Assembly (NCBI RefSeq): GCF_018977255.1
Contig: NW_024704743.1
Location: 85,438,001 to 85,502,000, forward strand
Direction of reading: 5' to 3'
DNA: 64,000 nucleotides
DNA from: Callorhinchus milii
Taxonomy: Eukaryota
Shown here: positions 1 through 12,597 of the stretch, piece after piece
Numbering within the stretch: the first letter of the stretch is position 1
How the letters are laid out: every line of letters begins with the position of its first letter
Notes under the pieces: model-generated
What the model saw: the letters and a program-made list of their open reading frames with translations, nothing else
The model's database searches: none
What the model was told of the DNA's origin: nothing
Position numbers and translations under genes: made by a program

Positions 1-345
1 CTTCATGCAGGTAGCGCCCTGGAGAGCTTGACAATGGCGGAGTCTGACACCGAGCCAGGGGGAGAGGGAGGGGGGAGATGATGGTAAACATGATAAAAAG
101 AAAGGTCTTTAGGCAGGATTTGAAGGTGAGGGCAAGGTGGAGGGAGAAAGTTCCATAGTTTCAGGGCATAGTGGCTGAAGGCAATGTCATTGATGGTGGA
201 GCGGAGGGGACGTGGGATAAACAGGAGGCTGGAGCCAGCCGAGTGGATGCAGCAGGTGGTGGAGTGAGGAGGTAAGCAGATCGGATATGTAGGGAGGTGC
301 GAGGACATGAAGCTGTAATTTTCTGATTCTGTGATGGTCAAGGAC
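1..345 (-). mobile_element. L2-type LINE 3' fragment
   Basis: Minus-strand remnant LRS...AFSHYALKLWNFLP and C-rich 3' region, as in the other L2 copies in this window. Confidence 0.7.
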
Positions 346-1420
346 TACCATTGTGGGTGAGGGATTCTGCCCTCAGAAGTGGGTCACAGCTCTAGCTTTG
401 TGTGAATGAAGTGACTGGCACTATCAGTGTCCGAATTTCTAGTTCTATTTCTGAATTTTCAATTTGTGCAATTCCATAATATAGTAAATCTCATATAAAA
501 TACGATTCAATAAATCAGCACTTTGCACGTGTTATTAAATGTGATCGGTAAGTGCACTTGCAGTACTTTGGCACTGCAGCTGGTAAGTGTGCATGCGGCT
601 GCATTGAATTACAGGAAATAAAGTTTTTCTGCGCATGGGGTGACGAGTTAAGACTATGTTTTCTGCGATTGCACGAGATTCAGCGTAGCTGGTAAGTGCG
701 GGACTAATGGGTAGAGGAGCGGTATTGTGAGTTAAAGGATGATTAATAAGATTAGTACAAATAAATCTTAAGTGGTTTTAATAGGAAATTGAATGGGACT
801 CAGGAGCATGTACAACTTAGGCGATTATACGATTTATAAAGAGAAGACTTAAGCAAGTTTTACTGTATAAATACAACCGTGCAGTCATTTTTTTATTCTT
901 CTTTACTATCATTCTTGGAGGGATTAGAATTTTTAAGTCTTTACACGTTGAGTGGCCCTTTTGCATCGTTGAAAAGGGCGGATTATCTTGGCAAATTGGA
1001 ACATTTTTAAAGTTGTCATTTAAATAGCTAGTTAAATTGGCTAATCTAGGCATAGTTGATTTCTTGACTCAGTTAGCTGTGTGATATTACACACGTCTGG
1101 ATTTTAAAAAATGTAACTTGATTCTATTTTTAATTATTCATCTGGATGCTAAACGCTTCCAGATGAATAATTTTAAGGACTGTTCAGGGGAGATGACTAG
1201 TGCTTCATTTTTTTCATTCAACAAAATAAAGTGAGACTGGTTTCTTGAGGGTCAAAGATAGTTTGTCTTGAATAGATAGCAGTGACTCTTCCAAATAATG
1301 AATGCTGTTAACAGACCATTCGAGATTCCCGTTTCAGGAAGAATACATGCTTTGTTTCTGGTGATTCATCAGATGAAAATAACTTGTGCTGAGTTGTCTA
1401 ATTGTGTTTTCTCTCTGCAG

Positions 1421-1521
1421 GTTGAACAGTCAAAAGTATTCATAAAAGAAGGTGGTGTTCAGCTACTGCTCACGATAGTTGACACACCAGGATTTGGAGA
1501 TGCTGTGGACAACAGTAACTG
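1421..1521 (+). CDS. SEPT7: Septin 7 coding exon (GTPase G3 motif); upstream exons lie before the window
   Basis: ctctctgcag|GTT acceptor and TG|gtaggg donor, 101 nt. Encodes [34 protein letters not shown] with the septin DTPG motif. Confidence 0.97.
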
Positions 1522-2177
1522 GTAGGGTTTTGTACGATTGTGTTTGGTTTACTTGTATTACCAAGATAATTGAATTCAGTGCACTGTAAGTAATTAGTCT
1601 GCATACTTTTGTACTGTTCACAATCAATAGGATTTTCCAAGGCCAGGCAAATGCAAATACATGATGCCATATACAGAGTGGCGTCTAAATATATTGGTTT
1701 TCCCTTTGAATAATACATTCTCTTTTATTGCTCTTTTGTCAGAAGAGGTTCACATAAAATCTTCTGGTGCAGCCTGAGGCTGCTGATGCTAGGATCTTTT
1801 CCCCTGCATATCGGGAGTAGAATTCAAAATGTAGGCTGCAACATCTACATGTTGGTGAACTGTGTCCTCATACCGTTCACTCTGCATGTTTTTGATCTCT
1901 GAGGTAGGTCTGTATAGGTGAAGAATGTATTGCGATATGTAGGGTTTGGACTGATCTGACCACCCATCCACAAATCAAGAAATATTTGCCATAAGTCAAG
2001 AAATATTCAATTCAAGATACATTTATTTTGTTGGCCAACTAAAAAGGTTGGTCACCACTGCTGTAGAGGGATCATCTTGTCTTGGGTGTTTTTCCGCTTT
2101 TCCCTCCAGAGATAGAATGTAGATTCTCCTCTGGAGATGGAGGGTACAGCCTTGCCTTGTGTATTTTATATTTGAGG

Positions 2178-2606
2178 ATTCCTATAGCATATTGGTTAGA
2201 GCACTTGCCTTGCAAATGAGAGGACCTGAATTTGATTCCCAGGAGGGCGAAACGTTAGGAAAGTTTTGTTACTCCACACGCCTCTGTTTACCTAGCGATT
2301 GTTAGTCGATTGGCCGATCGCTTTTCCAGGGGTAATGATCCCTTCAAAATTTTTTTAAAAAAAAAACATCATTTGGTCACTCAATCCACGACTGTTTGTG
2401 GGACTCCTTTGTGCGCGATTGGCTGCCTTGGGATGACTCTTCCTTCCCCCGCCCCCGATGTGAAAGGAGCCATACAAATATAATTTGTTGTTGTTGCATT
2501 TCATCCACAAATATAGTCAACTTCCTTTGCAATATATTCTGTGAAATGCTTTGAGACGTCTCAAAGACATGATAAAGTGCTATCTCAAATGCAAGCATTA
2601 TTATTA
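2178..2606 (+). mobile_element. tRNA-derived DeuSINE copy (diverged)
   Basis: tRNA-like head, central ctgtttgtgggac...gtgcgcgattggctg core, and L2-like tail ending gctatctcaaatgcaagcattattatt. Confidence 0.8.
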
Positions 2607-3152
2607 GAACTGCTATTGGTATAGCAGTTCTGTAATATAAATGAAATACGAAAGAATACTGGAATCCTGTGCTCAGGTTAGTGCAATTCTGGAAGGTGCA
2701 CAAGATTCAAAATGTTTTTCTGCTCTTTCCCATTTGCTACCTTGCATGATTTTCTATGAAAAAAATATCTCTTCACAGAACAATATTACAGTATTCTGGA
2801 ACTGAGTTGAATGTTCTGTCTTGAATAAGATATTCAATGTTCTTTAAAACATTTTAGAAAAGGTTATTAAAAATAGGAGCTTTAAAGGAAATATAAGGGA
2901 GTGTATTTCAGGATATGATTAGGTTCAGTGTAACAAGAGATGTACATTGAGCTCGGTGGCAAATGAATTGTGAATTGCAAAATACTTTATTGTTGATGGT
3001 TTGTAATCTTTTGTATCCAGCCCCCCAATGGTGAGTTTAGCACTCGTGCCTGAAATTTGGGCAGTTTTTTATGGAACAAATACCCTTTTAGATGTTTATC
3101 ATATCAGTGTTGGAAGATGCCACCATGTTACCACCAACTTAGAAGCTGTGTA

Positions 3153-4050
3153 TATTCGAGGACACCCCAAAAGTAATGCCTCCTTCCTATTTTCTCAAAA
3201 CATTTTAAATATTGACTTACAAAACTTAACGTGAACAGAGAAAGAAGCTTTTTACATACACCAATGCAGTTATTTTTCCACAAAGTCATCATCACGATCT
3301 ACACACTTGCACCAATGTAGAACCAGTGTCAGTATGCCAGTACGGTAAAATTATGTGGAAATGGCCTTTTTGGTTTCCTTGTGAAACATGTTTAACACCC
3401 ACCGAGTACAAACTTTAGAGTACCCAAGGTTACGAATATTAATTGCTATAGCATGATGACCAATACCAAGACTCTCATTCAACTCACACTAGGTGATGCA
3501 TTGATCTTTGCAGATCAGTTCACCAACTTTCTGTGTATTTTCTTCATTGACAGCTGGTACTGGCACCCCACTGTGACACCTACCTCGAAGCTCAGTTTCT
3601 CCAATTTTCATATGATTTACCCAGTATCTTACGGTACTCGCATTGACACAATGTCTTACAGTACTCATGCCTATACACTTTCATCATGCAGTGATGAATC
3701 TCAATCAGCGAAATTCCCTCAGCTGTTAGAAATTCAATTATTGCTATCTGCTTAATGTATGTATCAATGCTTGGTGCCATTTTGAACTGCTGTCGTGTGC
3801 CTCCATCTAGTTAGAAGCAAAGGAAATTTTCACAGTAGGGCTGGGATATATAGGTTGACCAAAAAGTCTTATTTTTCAGCTACCCTATTATCTAAAACAA
3901 AATCATTTCATTACGACTTATTAGACATTGTAATGGTATCATTACTTTTTAGTCACCCTGTATGAAAGTATCTTGTGTATGATTTTCATTCCTGCACCAC
4001 TTACATTTCTTCACAAAATAAATAGGAGGCATTACTTTTGGGGTCTACCA
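3153..4050 (-). mobile_element. Internally deleted mariner (Tc1/mariner) DNA transposon
   Basis: Inverted ends ccccaaaagtaatgcctcc (3165-3183) and ggaggcattacttttgggg (4025-4043). Minus-strand transposase N-terminus KQIAIIEFLTAEGISLIEIHHCMMKVY and C-terminus remnant YRTGILTLVLHWCKCVDRDDDFVEK*; the catalytic middle is missing. Confidence 0.85.
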
Positions 4051-4999
4051 AAATAGGTCTACCAAAATAAAAAAATAGGTTGGCATGAAGACTCATTTAT
4101 ATTGGATTTTCATTGAGGATTTTGGTGGTTCCAAAAACAGGAATGAACTGCTTTAATACAGCCTTCGAGACTGATTGGGTCAAATGATTTTCTCAGTATG
4201 TGAGAATATCTTGGTATCATTCTATAAGTATTGCAATGATGTGAAGCCGTTGAACCATCATTAGATGCATTTGTATATTGTATTCTTGACATCTTTGCAA
4301 TACTTAACTGTATGTAGAAAATTGGTGGGCCTAATCTGGATGTTTCACTTTCATTATTAAATTGGATCTCCTGTAGATGTGGTAAAGATGCTGCTGGTAG
4401 TAGCTGTGTAATTATTTGTATGTGAAAAATTGCTGTATCAGCCATTCTTCTCCCATTAATTATTGCAGGAGGGGTTGCACTATAAGTCTCAAAAATAGGT
4501 TAAAATTTATAAGAGACAAATTGAGCTTATGTGGACAGTGAAGTTCTTTTTTTAATGAAGGCCAAACATAACAAATACATGTTCTCTTGCTTCAGATTTG
4601 ACTTAAACTTTTGCGATAAATTAAAACTGCAGTCATCAGAAATGATTCATTTGAGTTATCAACTGACTCCCATTCCCAGCAATGTGAATTTTTCACCCAA
4701 ATCTTTTGTCGAGTAGTTTTGCAGCAACTGCAGTTACAAGAAAATGAAAGCACGTCTGGTTGTTAATCTGAATATTATACAATTTTGTATCCAATTTTTA
4801 ATCTAAATTGGCATTTTATTGGTGTGCAATCTTGTATGAAGTTCTATGACTTCAAAGTTAACATGATCACAAAGAAATGAATGGCAATCATCTTCAAATG
4901 TACCTTTGCTAATTTAAAAAGGAAAATTTATTTTTAAAGAAAGTAATATCAAGCAATAATTGACTGCTTTGAAAGTCATTGCAGTATAAACTCTACCAT

Positions 5000-7545
5000 T
5001 AATAAGGTTTCAGATAAAGATTGAGAAGGACATAAGTATGACAAAGACCAGGTAATAGATTGGGAAAAAAACTGATTTTGAGGGGATGAGAATGGAACTT
5101 GGGAAAATAAATTGGAAAACAATATTGGCAAACAAAATGATAAAGTAGCAGTGGGAAACATTTAAAAGGGTGATCAATAGAATCCCGGAGAAATATATTC
5201 GGCTAAAAAACTAGATAAAGCTAAACAATAATGAGACACCGTGGATGAATAAAGACATAAGGGTAAAGTTGAGACTGAGGAAAGCGGGGTACACTAAATA
5301 CATAAACAACAAGGGAGAACATGACAAGAAAAATACAAAGGTTAGGAAAGAAGTAAAAAAAAGTTAAGAAGGCCAAGAGGAACTATTAAATTATCAAGGA
5401 ATATTAGACAGACAAAACTACAGACATATGAATAACAAACGAAAAATCAAAATAGGAATAGGATCACTGAGAGATGGACAAGATAAGCTCATAGGCAGTA
5501 ACAGCGAAATGGCAGAAATATTGAATAATTAACTTTGCCTCAGTATTTACCAGGGAGACGGATCAAGTGGACATGACAGTAGACGAAGAGATCAAAAATG
5601 ATATACATATATTCATAATAATAATAATAATCCTTGCATTTGATATAGCGCTTTTCACATCGGGAGGATGTCCCAAAGCGCTTCACAGAACACACTGTAA
5701 AGTGAATTGACTGCATATTTGTGGGAGAACGTGGCAGCCAATTGCGCACAGCAATGTCCCACAAACAGTCGTAGATTGAAAATGGCCAATTTATTATTGT
5801 TTTTGGTTTTGGAGGGATTATTATTAGGCGTGTGGAGTAAGGAAACTTGCCCAAGGTTTCGCCCTGGCCTGCCTGGAATTGAACTCAGGTCTCTCGCTTG
5901 CAAAGCGAGTGCTCTAACCACTGAGCTACAGGACTCCACGATGATAAAAAGGGGGAGATAATCGGTTAACTAACCAAACTCAGGGAGGATAACACCCCTG
6001 GTCTGGATAGATTGCATCCGCGTATGTTAAAAGAATCTAGGGAAGAGATAGCAGACACGATTACACATATACACGATATATATAATAATTCATTAGAAAA
6101 GGGAGTAGTGCCAGAGGACTGGAGAATAGCTAATGTCATACCTATATTTAAAAAGGGAGATGGAACAAGCCCAGGCCAGGAACTATAAACCTGTCAGCTT
6201 AACATTGGTGGTAGGAAAGATAATGGAATCCTTATTGAAAGAGGTAATAGAAAAACATCTAGAAACCGAAAATATAATAAAGAATAGACAGCACGGATTT
6301 CAAAAAGGAAGGTGATGCTTGACCAACCTCATTGATTTCTTTGAAGAGGTAACAGAAAGAGTAGACCAGGGTAATGCAGTAGATAAATATATTTGGATTT
6401 TCAAAAGGCGTTTGATAAGGTACCGCATAATAGACTAATGAATAAGGTCAGAGCATGTGGAAAAGTAGCAGAATGGATAGCAAGCTGGCTACAAGACAGA
6501 AAACAGAGGGTAACGGTAGCTACTCAGACTGGCAGAGGGTGGGCTGTGGTGTTCCACAGGATCGGTATTGGGACCACTGTTGTTCACAATTTATATTAAT
6601 GATTTGGAGTCTGGGATCAAAAGTACAATTTCAAAATTTGCAGACGACACCAAATTGCGGGTTGTAGTTGATACTGAGGAGGACTGCAGCACATTACAAG
6701 ACATTAATAAACTTGGCCACATGGGCATTTAATTGGCAAATGAATTTCAATATAGATAAGTGTAAGGTGGTACATTTTGCTGGAGGAATAAGGTCACATA
6801 CTGCCTGGAAAATAAGAATCTAAATCAGGTAGAGGAGCAAAGGGATCTAGGGGTACAGATACCCAAATCGCTAAAAGTAGCGGCGCAGGTAAGGCCATAA
6901 AAGAAGCAAACCAAGCTTTGAGGTTCATTTCTAGAGGGATAGAAATGAAAAGCAAGGAAGTTATGCTAAACTTATATCGAACCTTGGTTAGACCATACTT
7001 GGAGTACTGTGTATAGTTCTGGACCCCATATTATAGAAAAGATATGAAGGCACTGGAGAAGGTGCAAAGGAGATTTACAAGGATAATACCGGAACTGTGA
7101 GGTTATACCTATCAGGAAAGGCTGAACAAGCTTGGGCTCTTCTTTTGAAAAGAGAAGGGTGAGTGGTTACCTAATAGAGGTCTTCAAAATTATGAAAGTT
7201 TTGATACGGTAGACATAGAGATGTTTCCACTTGTGGGGGAGACCAAAACCAGGGGCCATAAATATAAAATAGTCACAAATAAATCAAGTAGGGGTCAGGA
7301 AAAAAATTTCTTTACCTAGAGAATGGTGGGAATGTGGAACTTACTATCACATGGAGTAATTGAGGCGAATAGCATAGATCTATTTAAGGGGAAGCTAGAT
7401 AAGTACATGAGGGAGATAGGAATAGAAGGTTATGCTGATAGACTTAGTTGGGAAGAGAAGGAGGAGGCTCATGCGGAGCATAAACCCCAGCGTAGACCAG
7501 TTGGGCAAAATGGCCTGTTTCTGTGCTGTATATTCTGTATAATTT
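5000..7545 (+). mobile_element. CR1-type LINE, 5'-truncated, frameshifted RT, interrupted by a SINE
   Basis: [54 protein letters not shown] and WNLLSHGVIEANS remnants; CR1-like 3' end ggcctgtttctgtgctgtatattct. Confidence 0.93.
5615..5937 (-). mobile_element. Full-length young tRNA-derived DeuSINE inserted into the CR1
   Basis: Head ggagtcctgtagctcagtggttagagcactcgctttgcaagcgagagacctgagttcaattcc (A and B boxes), Deu-like core, L2-like tail and (TTA)n. Confidence 0.92.
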
Positions 7546-8989
7546 GAGAGCTTCTTGGATTTTTGTTCTAATAATGGCTGATTATAGCTCGCCCCCTTTG
7601 TGAGTAAAGTATGTTGAATATTTTAAGTTTCATGTTTCTTTGAGAATATAGGTGGTCAGTCATAAGACTATCTATGATGGGGACTGGCCCAAACAACACC
7701 TGCACTAGCTCTGTTTTATCCTAGGGTTATCTATACATTCTGTGAAACATATAGTAAAATTTGGGTTAAGCAATACAGCTTGCACTGAATGTTTACTGTG
7801 AAGGCCATTTGAGAAGGTAGTTTTGGCAACACTTTGAGTTCCACTGCTGCAGGAGGCCTGAATATATTTTGAATTTACCTGCACTTTTTAAGGCATTCTT
7901 TTGGATATCTTAAGATATCTTAAGATGCTTGAGTTTTTTAATGCACATGCGACCAGCTCTTTAGCATTAAAATCCCTATTGTATTTTGGATTTGTAGATT
8001 GTAAACTCCCTTGGCCAATATAAGGAGCAGCAGCTAGACATTCTGCTCCGCATTACTGCTATATCACCTTCCTCCCAGCAATAAAACCAAAGCATTTGAT
8101 AAGGAATTTGGCTTAATGTGGCCTACAAACTGTTGAATATAACCACAGTTGGGTGCAGATAGCAAAAGCTTAATTTTAAGGAATTATAGTACCTTGGCCA
8201 CTTAACCATAGTAGTGTTAATACAGTATTTTACATGTGTCTCAAGTGGAATATGCTCAATGCAGATTTTCATCCAAGAAGGCAATGTACACTTGTACTTT
8301 TACAGCCATTATTTTACTCATGAGTGCTTTGTCCTCATGATGGTATACATAAAATTAATAGGGGTGTGGAATTGCTAGGCACCAGTCTAATTAAAATGAG
8401 TAATACAAATGTCATGTAGTCTTCCACCCTCTTTGTTACTGTGTAAACTTGGGTTTCAGGACCTATTTCCCAATGTAAAACAGTGTACAATCATATCGGA
8501 AAAATTGATAATTGACACCAGAATCTCTGTAGTCTGTAAGAATATTTCTAGGTGCTAATCTTATTTTCTGTGCTGTCTGCTCAGGGCTTGGAAAAAAACT
8601 TTTCTTCTTACTAATAATCAGAAGTGGGTAAGCTTTTGAATATGTCCTGGGAAATTTTCAGACTGGGATTTCCTGAAGGGTGTTACCACATTATTTCACC
8701 AGCTATTCATTCATTGCTTTTTGGTGAAACTAACTTCTGTATACATCACCAAAGTATGTTTGATAGCTGTTGTGTATTGAGTGTTTAGATACAAAATGAA
8801 CAAGATTGAATACAAATTCAGATTATTTTATTGTTTGATGCATCTAAAAAATACTTAGGAATAGGATGGACTAAATTCATAGTCCCTTGTTGGCCCAAAC
8901 CTGATGTTTGCTTTCCTTCACTTGTCTGTATCTGATCCTTTTCGGAACTTTGGAAGCCTTTATTGATGACTACTTCTCTTGACTTGCAG

Positions 8990-9124
8990 CTGGCAACCTG
9001 TTATTGACCACATTGACAGCAAATTTGAAGATTATCTTAATTCAGAGTCTCGAGTGAATCGGCGCCAAATGCCAGACAGCAGAATCCACTGTTGTTTATA
9101 TTTCATTGCACCTTCAGGACATGG
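8990..9124 (+). CDS. SEPT7: Septin 7 coding exon
   Basis: ttgcag|C ... GG|gtaagc, 135 nt. Encodes [45 protein letters not shown]; phase continuous with both neighbours. Confidence 0.97.
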
Positions 9125-9990
9125 GTAAGCAAAAGACTTTGCACTACTTCAGCAAGAATAGAAAACTTTAGTATTTTGTGAATTTCAGAAATGTACTCAC
9201 AGTTGAAATGCACTTGAAATCCATTGTTTCAATTGTGATGAGCTTTATTTAACACATGGTATGATGTGTAACATCTTTTTGTTTGATTCTGAACCGTGTA
9301 TTGGGAGAGGGAAAATAAAAATCAAATCTAATCTGACCCTACCTACTCCCAAATCTCTTTGCCTTGCAACTTCGCTTCCTGCTTTGAAACGCTCAATTTA
9401 AAAATAATCCGTTTGATTGCTTTTGGACAACATTTCAAACTCTTCCCCTCCATGCTCGGGTGACCTGCATTGAGCTTTGAGGCACTCATCCTCCATGAAA
9501 GGTGCTATATAAGTTCAAGGTTTTAATCTAAGAGTAAAAAGCCAGGGTGGAGAGCAAATGTCACTATCAATTATATTGAACATGTGGTTATTGTAAAATC
9601 TGCTTGAAACACTAACCAGATTACATTTGCATGCTTTGTGTAAAGGTCATGTAGAGTGAATTACTGAACTGCTTTGTTTTGAGAAAAATCGATTAATAGT
9701 CATTATTGGTCAGTATTGTTTTGATTCAAATTCCAATTTCTGCATTTGATCTTGGAGTTACTAGGACTTGGAGTAAAGCATTCCTCACTGGCTCACTTCA
9801 ACTGTGTATGCCTTTGGGCTATATGTGAATGTCCCATCTTGCTCTTTGTATGCTCCACATTTGCTGTTGTCCAAAGTAGCATTTTGTATGATGTCGTGCT
9901 TGTGAGTTTCCAATTTAAAATTAAGTTGGAGTGGTTGCTGAATGCTAAAGTTCAACTCTGTTTACTGACCAATGCTATAAATTTCCTCAG

Positions 9991-10108
9991 ATTAAAGCCG
10001 TTGGATATTGAGTTCATGAAGCGCCTACATGAAAAAGTTAACATCATTCCACTCATTGCCAAAGCAGACACTCTCACACCAGAAGAATGTCAGCAATTCA
10101 AAAGACAG
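9991..10108 (+). CDS. SEPT7: Septin 7 coding exon (G4 AKAD motif)
   Basis: ttcctcag|A ... CAG|gtgagg, 118 nt. Encodes [39 protein letters not shown]. Confidence 0.97.
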
Positions 10109-12504
10109 GTGAGGAAAAAAGCAAACTGATTGCGTAAAAAGTTGCCTACCTTTTGCTCTAAGACTTGATTGGTATACAATGTAAGTGTCTGAGTGACTTG
10201 AGGAGGACCACAGCTTTCATTTATAAAGCTGGTTTCACTATGCATTCATGTAGTCAGCAGACTTGCTCCCTTTGCACAGGCCGATTCCCATGCTATAAGA
10301 ATAGTGACAAACTTCTGGGTCAATAATCACTGCCAATCTCACTTTGTTTGTTCTTATGCAGAATATGAAGTTATGTTGGCAGTGACCTGATGACCTGGAA
10401 GTCTGCCATCTTTTTAGAAAGCGTAGATAAAATGGATGAGATTGGGCAACTTAACATAATAAGTAACCTTGGTCTAAAATACTGAAAACCTTGAAATAAA
10501 TAGCTTTCCTTTTGATCTTGTTATTTTTGCAGTTGTGTCTATTCTAATGTTTGTTTGCTTTAAAAAAAAGCTATTGTTTGCCATTCTCTCTTTCTACTCC
10601 AGTTTAGAAGTGAGAGTACTCAACATTATTTCAAATGCTCTTTTAAATTGCCTTTACCCAGAGGGTTGGATATCTTCTCCCTTAAGTAATTTTGGAACAG
10701 ATTTTTATGTTTATTATGTGAGCTTCAGTGTGTTACGTTTCAGCCCAATTGTGGTTAGGCATGGGTTAAAGAACATCTTAAAGATATTCACTTGCAAAAT
10801 AAATACTGGATGCAGGGTTACAGAGAAAGGAATACAGAGAGATCATTTTTCAATTTGGGAAAGCCGAGGAAAAAATTAGAATAAATATAAAATTATATAA
10901 GGGTTTTTTGTGTAGGGGAAGGAAGCAGTGTTAAGGAAGAGCTAATATGCTGTAAGTAATGAGTGGATAAAGGGAAATCTTGAGTGCGGGGAAGTAAGGC
11001 AAGTTTGAAAGGTGACAGTTGCTGCGAGACAGCAGATGATTGAGCAGAGACAGTCGCCATGTACTTGTGTATGAATATCTGTTGTGTATGAATAACATTT
11101 TCTTTCATGTGTCAACATATAACTATTGAGACATAGTTTTTAAATAATATTCAATATTTCCATTGTAAAAAAAACTTGTGTGTGCTGCAATCTTCTTCAT
11201 GAATGAATGGTCTTGCATGGCTTCAGTTTGCAACAATGTCTGTACATTGAATTTGATGTTTTAATTGCTTTGGGAAAGCTGCAATTGTTCAATTCTGACA
11301 CAAATAGTGTGGTTTGTTTCAATTTAAAGTTCATCTGGCCATTAACATGGCTTTTTTTGGCTCTTAAACTGCTGGCAGCGTTAGGGATGTTTGTTTCCCT
11401 GGGTCAGATACTGAAATTATTGCTATTTTACTGTAATAAAATTACTCAAACATCAAAAATAGCTGCATTATCATATTATCCCTAAACTGCCATTATGCCA
11501 AAAACACTACAAATTAAACCAGATTTTTGTCTGCTCTTTTGTATTTATCTTCATGTTATTGTTCCTTTATCCATTCGGATTCCAATTTCTCCCCCTATTA
11601 AAGTTAAAATTTAAATTCAGGTTGAAGCGCTTTGAACATCTTGATGCGATAAGGTGCTATATAAAATTGCAAGGATTATTATTATTACATTTATTTTGTT
11701 ATTTCAGCTTGTGCAAATGCCCATTTTGAATTAAAACAACTTTGAACAAATTTCCAATTGAATGTTTTTAAGACACAAAAGTTTTCAAGATTTATTACAG
11801 ATGCAACTAGGTCAATCCAATGCAATTTCTGTGTTCAACGGGGAGGGATAAAGAGTTGCTGGCAAATGAGTATAGTTGGTGCCTCAATACCTGAACTTGC
11901 TAATGGTGTATTTATAAGTTAAAAATTAATGCAACAAATTGTTAGCCTTAATGTAATTTTTGCTCATTTACTTTGATTTCTTTGGAAATATTGCTGGCAT
12001 GATGGTGTTTATGAATTGAATTAGCTTACTTAGTTGAAATGCCATGACACTGATTTGCCTGAAGTTAGCTGACTGTTTCTAGCCCTGTATACTGTCAGCA
12101 GCAGAAGGGGCTTTGAATGGCTATAGATCCTAACACTCAATATTTACACAGAAAAAGATTCTCAATCTGATTGACCTGTTGGGGTGGGGAAAGTAAGTTA
12201 AGCGTTAAGAGTATGAATAGCAATAGTCTAAAGGAAATGCGAGGACATGCACACCCTGGAAACTTTATTAATTTGACAGGAATTCTTGCGTCATTATGAA
12301 TCAAGATTAACACAAGTGGCCAAAATTGTTCGTATTGCATTAACATTATAATACTTCTAAATTACAATCTTACCATTAGTAGGCATAGATTAAAATGTGG
12401 ACAATTTTCTTGTGATGTATTGCGGGTGTTGCAGATTTTTTTTGACATGTTAGTTGAGTGCTTTTAAAATTTGGTTAACTCATCTGCCGCATTTTTTTTA
12501 ACAG

Positions 12505-12597
12505 ATAATGAGAGAAATCCAGGAGCATAAAATAAAAATCTATGAATTTCCAGAAACGGACGATGAAGAAGAAAACAAACTGGTAAAAAAGATTAAG
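12505..12597 (+). CDS. SEPT7: Septin 7 coding exon
   Basis: tttttaacag|ATA ... AAG|gtgggt, 93 nt. Encodes [31 protein letters not shown]. Confidence 0.96.

Noticed and set aside
5870..5937. tRNA-Ala(TGC)-like sequence, also at about 35835-35899 and 50825-50889
   Set aside because: It is the head of a SINE, continuous with the Deu core and L2 tail, and lacks a proper acceptor stem; not a tRNA gene.
7903..7927. gatatcttaagatatcttaagatgc tandem palindrome
   Set aside because: A simple 10-bp local duplication with no further structure.
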